A stretch of DNA of 64,000 bases, from positions 167 to 64,166 of the forward strand of contig DAOQSN010000030.1 of assembly GCA_035356615.1 (NCBI GenBank), given 5' to 3'. Made by a program: the position numbers and the translations under genes. Position 1 is the first letter of the stretch. Every line of letters begins with the position of its first letter. This stretch comes from Phycisphaerae bacterium (lineage in GTDB: Bacteria; Planctomycetota; Phycisphaerae; UBA1845). This document shows positions 34,241-42,979 of this stretch, piece by piece. The notes beneath the pieces are model-generated. The model made no database searches and was not told the origin of the DNA. It worked only from the letters and a program-made list of their open reading frames with translations.

Positions 34241-35208
34241 GCAGCGCGGCGTCGAACGGGGCGGCCATCGCCGCAGAGGGGCTGACCCGCCGGTTTGGGG
34301 CGCTGCTGGCCGTCGATGACGTCAGCTTCGAGGTGCCGCGGGCGGCCATCTATGGCTTCCTGGGACCCAACGGGAGCGGCAAATCGACCGTGATCCGCAT
34401 GCTCTGCGGTGTGCTCAGGCCCTCGGGCGGTTGCGGGCGGGTGCTGGGCTACGATGTCGCCCGCGAGGCGGAGGCCATCAAGCGCCGCATCGGCTACATG
34501 TCGCAGAAGTTCAGCTTGTACAGCGACTTGAGCGTCGAGGAGAACCTCGATTTCTACGGACGCATCTATGGCCTGCGCCGGGAACGGTTGGAGCAGCGCA
34601 AGGAGGCGGTTCTTGGTTTGGTGGATATGCGGGCGCATCTGGCGCAGCTTGCCGGCACGCTGTCGGGGGGCTGGAAGCAACGACTGGCGCTGGCGTGTGC
34701 GTTGATTCACGAGCCGGAAGTGCTGTTTCTCGATGAACCGACGGCCGGCATCGACCCGGTCGCCCGGCGGGAACTGTGGGACCTGCTGTTTGAGCTTGCC
34801 GGTCGCGGGGTGACGCTGTTTGTCACGACGCATTACATGGACGAGGCGGCCCGGTGTACGCACGTGGGGTACATCTACCTGGGGCGCTTAATCGTCGGTG
34901 GGCGGACGGAGGCGCTGCGGCAGTTGGAGCAGGTGACGCCCGCGGGGACGCGCCGGCTGGAGATGACCTGCCCGGAGTCGACTGCAGTGCTCGGTCGGCT
35001 CAAGAAGGTCCCCGGCGTGCGGGATGCGACGCTGTTCGGCGAGGCTTTGCATCTGCTCGTGGATGAGTCCCTGCGGGAGGCGGAACTCACCGCCGCCACG
35101 GGCCAGCCGGCGGCGCAAGTAGAGGTACGGCCGATCGCCGCGACGCTGGAAGACGTCTTCGTGACGCTCAGTCGCCAGGAGGCCGCCCGGAAGCGGGGAC
35201 GCAGCTAG
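34237..35208 (+). CDS. ABC transporter ATP-binding protein
   Basis: GPNGSGKST, LSGGWKQR, FLDEPTAG, TTHYMDEA. ATGA overlap with the HlyD gene. Confidence 0.93.
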   Translation: MSSAASNGAAIAAEGLTRRFGALLAVDDVSFEVPRAAIYGFLGPNGSGKSTVIRMLCGVLRPSGGCGRVLGYDVAREAEAIKRRIGYMSQKFSLYSDLSVEENLDFYGRIYGLRRERLEQRKEAVLGLVDMRAHLAQLAGTLSGGWKQRLALACALIHEPEVLFLDEPTAGIDPVARRELWDLLFELAGRGVTLFVTTHYMDEAARCTHVGYIYLGRLIVGGRTEALRQLEQVTPAGTRRLEMTCPESTAVLGRLKKVPGVRDATLFGEALHLLVDESLREAELTAATGQPAAQVEVRPIAATLEDVFVTLSRQEAARKRGRS

Positions 35209-35315
35209 TTTTCCGAACGCGACGGGCAGAGAGGGGTCAGGAGCCTTCTCTCCTGTTTGAGAAAGGCAAGAGCGGGGACGCGGCAGGATGCGACCAGGCA
35301 AGTGGGAAACTGGGC

Positions 35316-35421
35316 GGGTGGCATGCCCAAGCCGAGGGCGCCCCGGCGCGCCGGGAAGTTTGCAGGCGGTAGTGTTGGGCACGTAAGAAAGCATGGCGGC
35401 GCTGCGCTTGGCCATGCCACC
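35316..35421. repeat. GGGTGGCATG-family element between the ABC ATPase and permease genes
   Basis: gggtggcatgcccaagc ... gcatggcggcgctgcgcttggccatgccacc. Confidence 0.88.
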
Positions 35422-35512
35422 GTGCCCACCCTGTCGGTTTCCGTATTGTGTGAAGCTGTTTGGTTTCCCGCGTGCTGCAAAAACTAGCTGCGTCCGCGTT
35501 GCGGAGACACCT

Positions 35513-36658
35513 GTGAACGGCTTCGTCGCCATCTTCAGGAAAGAGTTCGCCCACATCCGGCGGGAGCGGCTGACGCTGGTGTTTGCGTTCCTGGTCCCCG
35601 TGCTGCAACTGACCATCTTCGGATACGCGATCGACATGACGATCGAGAAGATTCGGACGGTGGTGTTCAACCTGGACGGGCGGGCGGAGAGCCGCCTGGT
35701 GGTCGATGCCTTCGTCAACTCGCGCAAGTTCAAAGTGGTGGAGGAGGTGCACAGCCGCGACGCTTTCGACCACGCGATCATCGCCGGCCGGGCGCAGGTG
35801 GGCATCATTGTGCCGCCGGACTACACGGACCGTCTGCTGCGCAGCGAGCAGGCGACCGTGCAGGTGCTCATCGACGGGAGCGATTCACAGGTGGCCACCA
35901 CGGCTCTGAACAGCGCTGCGCTGCTCGGGTGGAACCAGTCGGTGACGAAGGCCCGCGGCTTCGCGGAGGCGATGCAGGTGGCCGTGGCGCGCGACCCGGC
36001 CGGGCGGATTGTGATGCCGGTCGAGGTGCGGCCGCGTCTGCTCTTCAACCCGAATCTGGAAAGCGCGCACTTCTTTGTGCCGGCGCTGATCGGGATCATC
36101 ATGCAGCTTGTGACGCTGTTTCTGACGTCCTTTGCCGTGGTGCGCGAGCGCGAGCTGGGCACGCTGGAGCAGCTTTTCGTCACGCCGGTGGGGCGGGCGG
36201 CGCTGCTGCTGGGCAAGCTGATTCCGTATGCGCTCATCGGGTTTCTGGAGACGCTGATCGTCCTGGCCGTGATGGTGTTTATCTTCCGAGTGCCCATCAG
36301 CGGCAGCCTGGTCCTGCTGTTGGCGCTCGCGGTGCTGTTTCTGTTCACGGCCTTGGGGCTGGGGCTGCTGGTCTCAACGCTGGCCAAGACGCAATTGCAG
36401 GCGATTCAGTTCGCGTTCATGATCATGCTGCCGTCGATTCTGCTGTCGGGCTTCGTGTTTCCGCGGGAGTCGATGCCGGCGCCGATCTACTGGCTCACGT
36501 TTGCGATCCCGGTAACGTATTTCCTGGAGATTCTGCGGGGCATCATCCTGCGTTCGGCCGGCCTATCTGACCTGCTGCCGCAGGTCATCGGCCTGATCAC
36601 CTGCTGCGTGGTCATCCTCACGCTGAGCATCGCGCGGTTCCGGAAGCAGCTTGATTAA
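35513..36658 (+). CDS. ABC-2 type permease
   Basis: GTG start after ggaga; RKEFAHIRRE, FGYAI, FNPNL, RERELGTLEQLFVTP, LSGFVFP. Confidence 0.92.
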   Translation: MNGFVAIFRKEFAHIRRERLTLVFAFLVPVLQLTIFGYAIDMTIEKIRTVVFNLDGRAESRLVVDAFVNSRKFKVVEEVHSRDAFDHAIIAGRAQVGIIVPPDYTDRLLRSEQATVQVLIDGSDSQVATTALNSAALLGWNQSVTKARGFAEAMQVAVARDPAGRIVMPVEVRPRLLFNPNLESAHFFVPALIGIIMQLVTLFLTSFAVVRERELGTLEQLFVTPVGRAALLLGKLIPYALIGFLETLIVLAVMVFIFRVPISGSLVLLLALAVLFLFTALGLGLLVSTLAKTQLQAIQFAFMIMLPSILLSGFVFPRESMPAPIYWLTFAIPVTYFLEILRGIILRSAGLSDLLPQVIGLITCCVVILTLSIARFRKQLD

Positions 36659-36758
36659 TGGCTGTGCCCTAAAAGCCCAGTAGCCGCGGCGTTCCTCTCA
36701 CTCTTCTCACGTCTCTCGCCCGTTGCCCACGGGGGCCACGCTACACGCCCGGCAGAAG

Positions 36759-37730
36759 TCACCCTAACACGTCTGCCACGCCCGTCGGTGGCGACGCCTT
36801 TTGCTGCTGCTCGACGCAGAACTCTTGCAGTTCCTTTTGGAGCGCATTGATCTGTGGATCTGAATGTCCGTCCCGGGCGTTCAGCTCATCCATTAGGTTG
36901 AACGCCATCTGCCATCGCCGCTTCTCGGCCTGGGCGCAGCCGCGAACAAGCAGTACTACCGCAAGCGTGCCCGGGGGGAAGTACACCCATTCCCGGGCCG
37001 CATCCGTACTCAGGAACGCCAGCGCCCACGCGACCAGCAAGTATGCGCAGGCACCCACCACGCCCGCGCCTCGCTTGTGTTTGTAGGCCCACAGCCAGAT
37101 ACCGAGCCGCTTGATGTCACCCCAGCGAGTCAAGACGACCCAGAGGAGCACAACACCGATCACCTCCAACGCAACGTACAGAAGGAACCCGATCGCCCCG
37201 CCGGTGTAGCGTGCCAGCGCGAACCGCAGGCAATGGCCAAGAGAGGCACCCGCGAACGCTGCTGCGGGGAACGCAGAGTAAAGGCACATATGGCTCAGAG
37301 CCTGGAAGCGGTGCGCGTGGAAGAACATAGTCTGCTGGTGCTCTCGGTGCCCATATGCCAAGTAATTCCACATGCAGTTATGCAAGGCACCAGAGAAGTA
37401 GGCGGTTGGGCTACCCCAGACCGGCCAGAGCCATTTCCTCTTGTCGATCGCCGCCTTTTCGAACGCTATCTGGCGGCTGATCGTGTAATACTCGCGCAAG
37501 GGTATGACCACCATCTCGTAGAGTATGCCAATGGCGTACGCCGCGCCGAGCAGCACGACAGGAAGGACCACGGTTCGCCACCCGTCCTTCTCGCTTCCGG
37601 TGCCAAACACGAGATCGCTCATGCCGTCAGGAAGTCCCAATCCGATGTAACTCAATACGGCGAGCGTGAGCGCACCTGGAATGATGTGAGAGATGATCGT
37701 AAACCAGAAGAACGGAAACTGACTTGCCAT
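36759..37730 (-). CDS. Hypothetical multi-pass membrane protein (accessory)
   Basis: Start MASQF after a GAGGA RBS; at least 6 hydrophobic segments; codon usage less GC3-biased than neighbours. Confidence 0.7.
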   Translation of the reverse strand: MASQFPFFWFTIISHIIPGALTLAVLSYIGLGLPDGMSDLVFGTGSEKDGWRTVVLPVVLLGAAYAIGILYEMVVIPLREYYTISRQIAFEKAAIDKRKWLWPVWGSPTAYFSGALHNCMWNYLAYGHREHQQTMFFHAHRFQALSHMCLYSAFPAAAFAGASLGHCLRFALARYTGGAIGFLLYVALEVIGVVLLWVVLTRWGDIKRLGIWLWAYKHKRGAGVVGACAYLLVAWALAFLSTDAAREWVYFPPGTLAVVLLVRGCAQAEKRRWQMAFNLMDELNARDGHSDPQINALQKELQEFCVEQQQKASPPTGVADVLG

Positions 37731-37934
37731 GTCCTCGTCTCCTGTTCTGGTCGCCGAAGCCATCCGGTACTCCCTGATCGTTGGGCTCGGCGCTCTGCGG
37801 GCCCTGGTCACCGGTGGTGGTACCCAAGCGTACCCGGAAGTGCACCGTCCTGCAAGTGTCCGGCGTGTCAAGCGTCGGCGGGTACAGCATGCCCGGAGGG
37901 GCCGCTCGGAGCGTCGACTGGGGCGGCTGCCGAT

Positions 37935-38117
37935 TCAAGTCGAACGTGGACGCGTCCGATCGGCGCTGCCCGAGCGCAGTTCCTCGCGGCGGCGTCTGAG
38001 TGCCGCGTCCGCCCGACGGTAGAACTGGAGGCGCTGCTCGATCGACATGCCTCTCAGCACCTGCGCACGGCGTTGCTGCGCTTCGTCTTTCATCTTCACG
38101 CAGTCGAACTTCTTCAT
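37935..38117 (-). CDS. Small putative antitoxin of the type found downstream of PIN-domain toxins
   Basis: MKKFDCVKMKDEAQQRRAQVLRGMSIEQRLQFY; directly follows a PIN stub. Confidence 0.6.
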   Translation of the reverse strand: MKKFDCVKMKDEAQQRRAQVLRGMSIEQRLQFYRRADAALRRRREELRSGSADRTRPRST

Positions 38118-38122
38118 CGTCT

Positions 38123-38212
38123 TCAAGTCGCTGCGGCGAATTCGTCGTCAAACGCCCCGCCGAGAACAGATGCATCAACATAGGTCAATCGAGCGTTGCC
38201 GGTTTGTGTCAT
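38123..38212 (-). pseudogene. 29-aa N-terminal stub of a PIN-domain (VapC-like) toxin
   Basis: Hand translation MTQTGNARLTYVDASVLGGAFDDEFAAAT* matches the PIN N-terminal pattern Y-x-D-T/A-S-V-x-G-G-x-F-D-x-E-F. This ORF is not in the supplied track. Confidence 0.65.
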
Positions 38213-38255
38213 AACGTTCTCGTTCCAGCCCGTTCTCGCCTCCGCCACCCCCATG

Positions 38256-38280
38256 CCTACCCCTCCCCCGCGGGGAGAGG
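38256..38280 (+). repeat. Degenerate CCCTCACCC palindromic element
   Basis: cctacccctcccccgcggggagagg. Confidence 0.6.
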
Positions 38281-38300
38281 AGTGCACGCGCCGCCCGTGC

Positions 38301-38506
38301 GGCCCTGGAAGGGCCGAAGTCAGTAGCCAGGGGTGTCAACCCCTGGTTCCAGCCGGCCCCACGTTCTCTCTTCAGCCCCAGCGGGGCGACGGGCGTGCGT
38401 TCCGCTGCGTAGCCATCTGCCGCCCCGCTGGGGCTGAATGGTGTTTGAGGGTCGCCGGGTCCAGGGGCTCGCACCCGTGGCTACACCCTTTCGCCCCTCC
38501 GGGGCT
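38301..38506. repeat. ~205-bp nested inverted-repeat element (REP/MITE-like)
   Basis: 18-bp perfect arms ttcagccccagcggggcg / cgccccgctggggctgaa. Outer arms gtagccagggg...cccctgg and ccagggg...cccgtggctac. Confidence 0.8.
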
Positions 38507-38598
38507 CACGGCGCCGCTTGGTTCGACGGTCGCTTGCCTGCATGATAAGGGTGGAACCTCGAAACGCACTTCGCCCCTGACCCCAGTCCAACAGCGGG

Positions 38599-38973
38599 TC
38601 AGTTGGCGGCGCGAGCGTGCCCGGCCAACGCCTTGGCCGCGATATCACGGCGGTAGTGTGCATTCTGGAAGCGAATCATCCGCACGGCCTCGTAGGCACG
38701 CCGCTGGGCCGCGGCCAGGTCGTCGCCGAGTGCCGTGACGCCGAGCACGCGCCCCCCGGCCGTCACCGTCATGTGCTCGACCTCCCGGGTGCCCGCGTGG
38801 AACACGCACACGTCCGGCATTTGCTCAGCGCGTTCGAGTCCCTCAATAACGTGCCCCGTCTCGTACTTCCCCGGATACCCGCCGGCGGCCATCACGACGC
38901 ACACGGCGGGTCGCGGGTCCCAGTCGATCTGCACCTCCTCCAGTCGGTCATCCACAACCGCGGCGAGCAGCTC
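38599..38973 (-). pseudogene. purD: 3' fragment of purD (GAR synthetase C-terminal domain only)
   Basis: IDWDPRPAVCVVMAAGGYPGKY, VFHAGT, TAGGRVLGVTALG, AYEAV, HYRRDIA. Upstream sequence shows no PurD similarity and has no ATP-grasp domain. Confidence 0.85.
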
Positions 38974-39317
38974 TGGCGCGCCTCCGCGTCCGGGGTCACA
39001 ACGGCCAGCGGTGTCGAGGTGCTCACCGTCAGAGAAAGTGAACCCGCCTGCTGCGCCACCCAGGGGCGCCTCGCAAGCAGCCGCCGGGCCGTGCCCGCCC
39101 AGCACGGGGTCTGGGATGCCCCCGTCTCGCCCCCCGGCGGGGCTGACCGACGCTGCTGTACGCATTGCTCGCCCAGTCTCCCTCCGGTTCACACCCGGCT
39201 CGTACGCCCGAGCAGACTCCCGGTGCGACCCCAGCTTGGCACCGAGTATGCCAGCGGTCTTCCGGACTCTCGTGATTGTAGTATAGGTTGATATATTGCG
39301 GTGTATAAGGAACTAAA

Positions 39318-40841
39318 ATGCAAGCCATTCTGCGTAAGCTCGGCATCGAGGCGGTCAATCCTGGTGGGTTCGGGGGCGAATGGATCGGCAGCGGCGACAA
39401 GCTCACGTCGGTCTCCCCCATCGATGGCAAGCCCCTGGCGGAGGTGAAGCAGGTCACCGAGGCCGAGTACGAGCGCATCGCGGCCCGCGCCCATGAGGCG
39501 TTCCTGAAGTGGCGAAGCGTCCCCGCGCCGGTGCGGGGTGAGACCGTCCGCCGCCTGGGCAACGCCCTCCGCGAGGTCAAGGCGGACCTCGGGGCGCTCG
39601 TCACCCTCGAAATGGGCAAGATCCTCGTCGAGGGCGAGGGCGAGGTTCAGGAGATGATCGACATCTGCGACTTTGCCACCGGCCTGTCGCGCCAGCTATA
39701 TGGCCTGACGATTCAATCCGAGCGGCCGGGGCACCGCATGTTCGAGCAGTGGCACCCGCTGGGCGTCGTGGGGGTCATCTCGGCCTTCAACTTCCCGGTC
39801 GCGGTGTGGTCGTGGAACAGCGCCCTGGCGGCCGTCTGCGGCGACGCCACCTTGTGGAAACCGTCCTCCCTCACGCCGCTGACCGCCATCGCCTGCACGA
39901 AGATCGCCGAGCGCGTCTGCCGCGACACCGGGGCGGACCCGGCCATCTTCAGCCTAGCGATCGGTCGAGGCAGCACGATCGGTGAGCGCCTGCTGCACGA
40001 TCGGCGCCTGCCGCTGATCTCGGCCACCGGAAGCTGCGCGATGGGCTACCGCGTCGGAGCGATCGTCGGCGAGCGTCTGGGACGCACCATCCTTGAGCTG
40101 GGCGGCAACAATGCCATCATCGTGACACCGGACGCGGACCTGAAGCTGGCGATACCGGCCATCCTGTTCGGCGCGGTGGGCACCGCTGGGCAGCGCTGCA
40201 CGAGCACGCGCCGCATCCTGGTGCACGAGTCGGTGCGGGAGCAGCTTGTCCAGAAGCTGGTGTCGGCCTACAAGCAGGTGCGCATCGGCAATCCGATGGA
40301 GAAGAGCACCTTGATGGGCCCGCTGGTCGAGCCCAAGGCCGTCGAGGACATGATGAAGGCCGTTGTCCGTGTCAAGGAGGAGGGCGGCAAGGTCCTCTGC
40401 GGCGGCGAGAAGCTCAGCGGCGACAAGTACCCCGGCGGCTGCTACGTCACTCCGTGCATCGCCGAGGCCCGCAACGACTTCCGCATCGTGCAGGAGGAGA
40501 CGTTCGCGCCGATCCTGTACATCATCTCCTACAAGACGTTCGAGGAAGCGCTCGCCCTGCACAACGGCGTCCCGCAGGGACTCAGCTCCGCGGTATTCAC
40601 GCGGAACCTGCTCGAGGCGGAGGAGTTCCTCTCCTGCCGCGGCAGCGATTGCGGCATCGCCAACGTCAACATCGGCACCAGCGGCGCCGAGATCGGCGGC
40701 GCCTTCGGCGGTGAGAAGGAGACCGGCGGCGGGCGCGAGTCCGGCTCCGACTCCTGGAAGACCTACATGCGCCGCCAGACCAACACCGTCAACTACAGCA
40801 CCGCCCTGCCCCTGGCCCAGGGCATCAAGTTCGAGCTGTAG
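39318..40841 (+). CDS. Aldehyde dehydrogenase, ALDH7/antiquitin (piperideine-6-carboxylate dehydrogenase-like) family
   Basis: GEVQEMIDICDF, ISAFNFP, LELGGNNA, TAGQRCT, EETFAP, GAEIGGAFGGEKETGGGRESGSD. Confidence 0.93.
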   Translation: MQAILRKLGIEAVNPGGFGGEWIGSGDKLTSVSPIDGKPLAEVKQVTEAEYERIAARAHEAFLKWRSVPAPVRGETVRRLGNALREVKADLGALVTLEMGKILVEGEGEVQEMIDICDFATGLSRQLYGLTIQSERPGHRMFEQWHPLGVVGVISAFNFPVAVWSWNSALAAVCGDATLWKPSSLTPLTAIACTKIAERVCRDTGADPAIFSLAIGRGSTIGERLLHDRRLPLISATGSCAMGYRVGAIVGERLGRTILELGGNNAIIVTPDADLKLAIPAILFGAVGTAGQRCTSTRRILVHESVREQLVQKLVSAYKQVRIGNPMEKSTLMGPLVEPKAVEDMMKAVVRVKEEGGKVLCGGEKLSGDKYPGGCYVTPCIAEARNDFRIVQEETFAPILYIISYKTFEEALALHNGVPQGLSSAVFTRNLLEAEEFLSCRGSDCGIANVNIGTSGAEIGGAFGGEKETGGGRESGSDSWKTYMRRQTNTVNYSTALPLAQGIKFEL

Positions 40842-40908
40842 GCGCACCGGAGACGGAGCGGACCCGGACCGGGGTGGACGCGGACTGGGGCAAACGCGCG
40901 GCAGGTGA

Positions 40909-40945
40909 CCCCCCTCCCTTCGAGGGAGAGGGGCGGGGGTGAGGG
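40909..40945 (-). repeat. CCCTCACCC palindromic element, intergenic
   Basis: Plus strand ccccctcccttcgagggagaggggcgggggtgaggg. Confidence 0.8.
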
Positions 40946-41129
40946 TCGAGGACACACGCGGCCGCAGACCTCGCGCAAGAGAGGCAAACCGCGCAGGCTC
41001 ACCCAGCCCGAGCGGGCGGCGTCCGCGTTCCTACAACTTCGCGCAGTCGGGCGCGGGCGCGGCGGGGGAGCGCCGGTATAATCGCGGGGGCTCGGGGAGC
41101 GCGGCAGCTCCCCCGGACGGACCGCGACC

Positions 41130-42416
41130 ATGAAGCTGTTCAGCCTGGAGACCTTCCGGCTTGGCTTGCGCAACCTGTTCCTGCACAAGCTGCGCTCGCT
41201 GCTCACGTCGCTGGGGATCATCTTCGGGGTCTCGGCCGTCATCTGCATGCTGTCCATCAGCGAGGGCGCCTCGGCCGACGAGCTGCGCATGATCCAGCTT
41301 CTGGGCACCCAGAACATCATCGTCAACTCGGTGAAGCCCCAACAGTCGAGCCAGGTGAGCCAGGGCTCCACCAACCTCGCCCAATACGGCATTGTCCAGG
41401 CCGACATCGACCTGTTGCGAGCGACGGTGCCCGGCATCCGGGAACTCGTCCCCCTCAAACTCGTCTCCTACGAGGCTTCCCGCGGTCAGAACCGCATGGA
41501 CGCCAACGTCCTGGGGACCACCAACGGGTTCTTCGACGTCGTCAACGTCACGATCGCGCGGGGCCGCCCGCTCTCGGCCGTGGACGAACGCAACCGCGCC
41601 TGGGTCTGCGTCATCGGCAGCGAGGTGCGGCGCGAGTTGTTTCCGTTTGAAGACCCGATCGGGCAAACGCTGCTGGTCAGCCGGCTGCCCGCCTCCATCC
41701 CCTTCACGGTGGTGGGGGTGCTGGAGAGTGTGACGACGGCCGGGGCGCCGGCGCGGGGGGTCCAGGAGCGGAACCTCAACCGCGAGGTGTTCATCCCCCT
41801 GGCGGCCGCCCAATCCGCCTTCGGTGACCTCATCGTCCGCCGGCAGGCCGGCGCCCGCGAGATCACCAAGATCCAGTACACGGGCATCTACGCGGCCGTC
41901 GATGAGCTGGACCATGTTCTTCCCGTGTCGGAGATGGTGAGGCGGGTTTTTGAACGGGGGCACCCGGAGCTCGACTACGACATCCGCGTCCCCCTACGCG
42001 CCCTCCAGGTGGCCCAGCAGAAGAAGCGCAACAGCCAGTACATGCTCGGCTCGATCGCCAGCGTATCGCTGCTGGTGGGCGGCATCGGCATCATGAACAT
42101 CATGCTGGCCAGCGTTACCGAGCGGACACGAGAGATCGGCATCCGCCGCGCCTTGGGCGCGCGTCAGCGTCACATCACCGTGCAGTTTCTCGTGGAGACC
42201 GTGGTGCTGACCTGCATCGGCGGGTGCGTGGGCGTCGTGTTTGGGGTGGGCGGCGCGTACGTGGTCAACCACTTGGCGAACTGGCCCACGAGCGTCCAGC
42301 CGTGGGCCATCGCGGTGAGTTTCGGCCTGTCCGTACTGGTGGGGATGTGCGCCGGCCTCTATCCCGCCCGGGCTGCAGCGCGACTCGATCCGATTGAAGC
42401 CCTGCGGTATGAATAG
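41130..42416 (+). CDS. MacB/FtsX-family ABC permease (no adjacent ATPase)
   Basis: HKLRSLLTSLGIIFGV, SLLVGGIGIMNIMLASVTERTREIGIRRALGA, PIEALRYE. TATAAT at 41077-41082. Confidence 0.92.
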   Translation: MKLFSLETFRLGLRNLFLHKLRSLLTSLGIIFGVSAVICMLSISEGASADELRMIQLLGTQNIIVNSVKPQQSSQVSQGSTNLAQYGIVQADIDLLRATVPGIRELVPLKLVSYEASRGQNRMDANVLGTTNGFFDVVNVTIARGRPLSAVDERNRAWVCVIGSEVRRELFPFEDPIGQTLLVSRLPASIPFTVVGVLESVTTAGAPARGVQERNLNREVFIPLAAAQSAFGDLIVRRQAGAREITKIQYTGIYAAVDELDHVLPVSEMVRRVFERGHPELDYDIRVPLRALQVAQQKKRNSQYMLGSIASVSLLVGGIGIMNIMLASVTERTREIGIRRALGARQRHITVQFLVETVVLTCIGGCVGVVFGVGGAYVVNHLANWPTSVQPWAIAVSFGLSVLVGMCAGLYPARAAARLDPIEALRYE

Positions 42417-42979
42417 GGCTTCTCTAAGTCACGCATCACTCGAATCCTGCCGTGCGGCCATGCGGCATTGAGCTTAATGCGGACGCATTCTGTTTGGGGT
42501 GCCGGGCAGTCTTCCGTGGTGCTCTGGAGAGCGTAAATCGAGCTTCCGCAGGCCGCAAAGGCCCATCTCGGGCCGTAAGCGCCCCAATCAGAACACCCGA
42601 AGAGCACATTCATCGGCCCGGCCGCACTATTCCGAGAATTGCCGCTGATATTCAGTGCCGCGGTATGTCCAGCGCGTGTCCTTACATGGTTAGAGGACAT
42701 GATGGCGACTGCGGCAACCGGGCTTTGGCATCGCCATGCTCCGGTTCGTATACTTGGGGGTGAATCGGTCCCCCCGATGATACGCATCTCCTCGGTGCTC
42801 GGCCTGACGGAAAGTACGGCGTGAGTCGATTTCACGCTGTGCGAGTGCAAAACCGAGTCGGCGGCGCTGCTGAGCGGCGAGCCGGCTCCTGCAAGGCGTC
42901 GCGGACGTGGTCAGTTGCGCACGGCCGGACCTTGCAGTGCCACGGCCACGGGTAGGAGTCCCGAAGGGGGGTGAACGAA

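Noticed and set aside
38974-39317. tRNA or att site at the purD junction
   Set aside because: No cloverleaf, T-loop GTTCRA or flanking direct repeat could be identified by eye.
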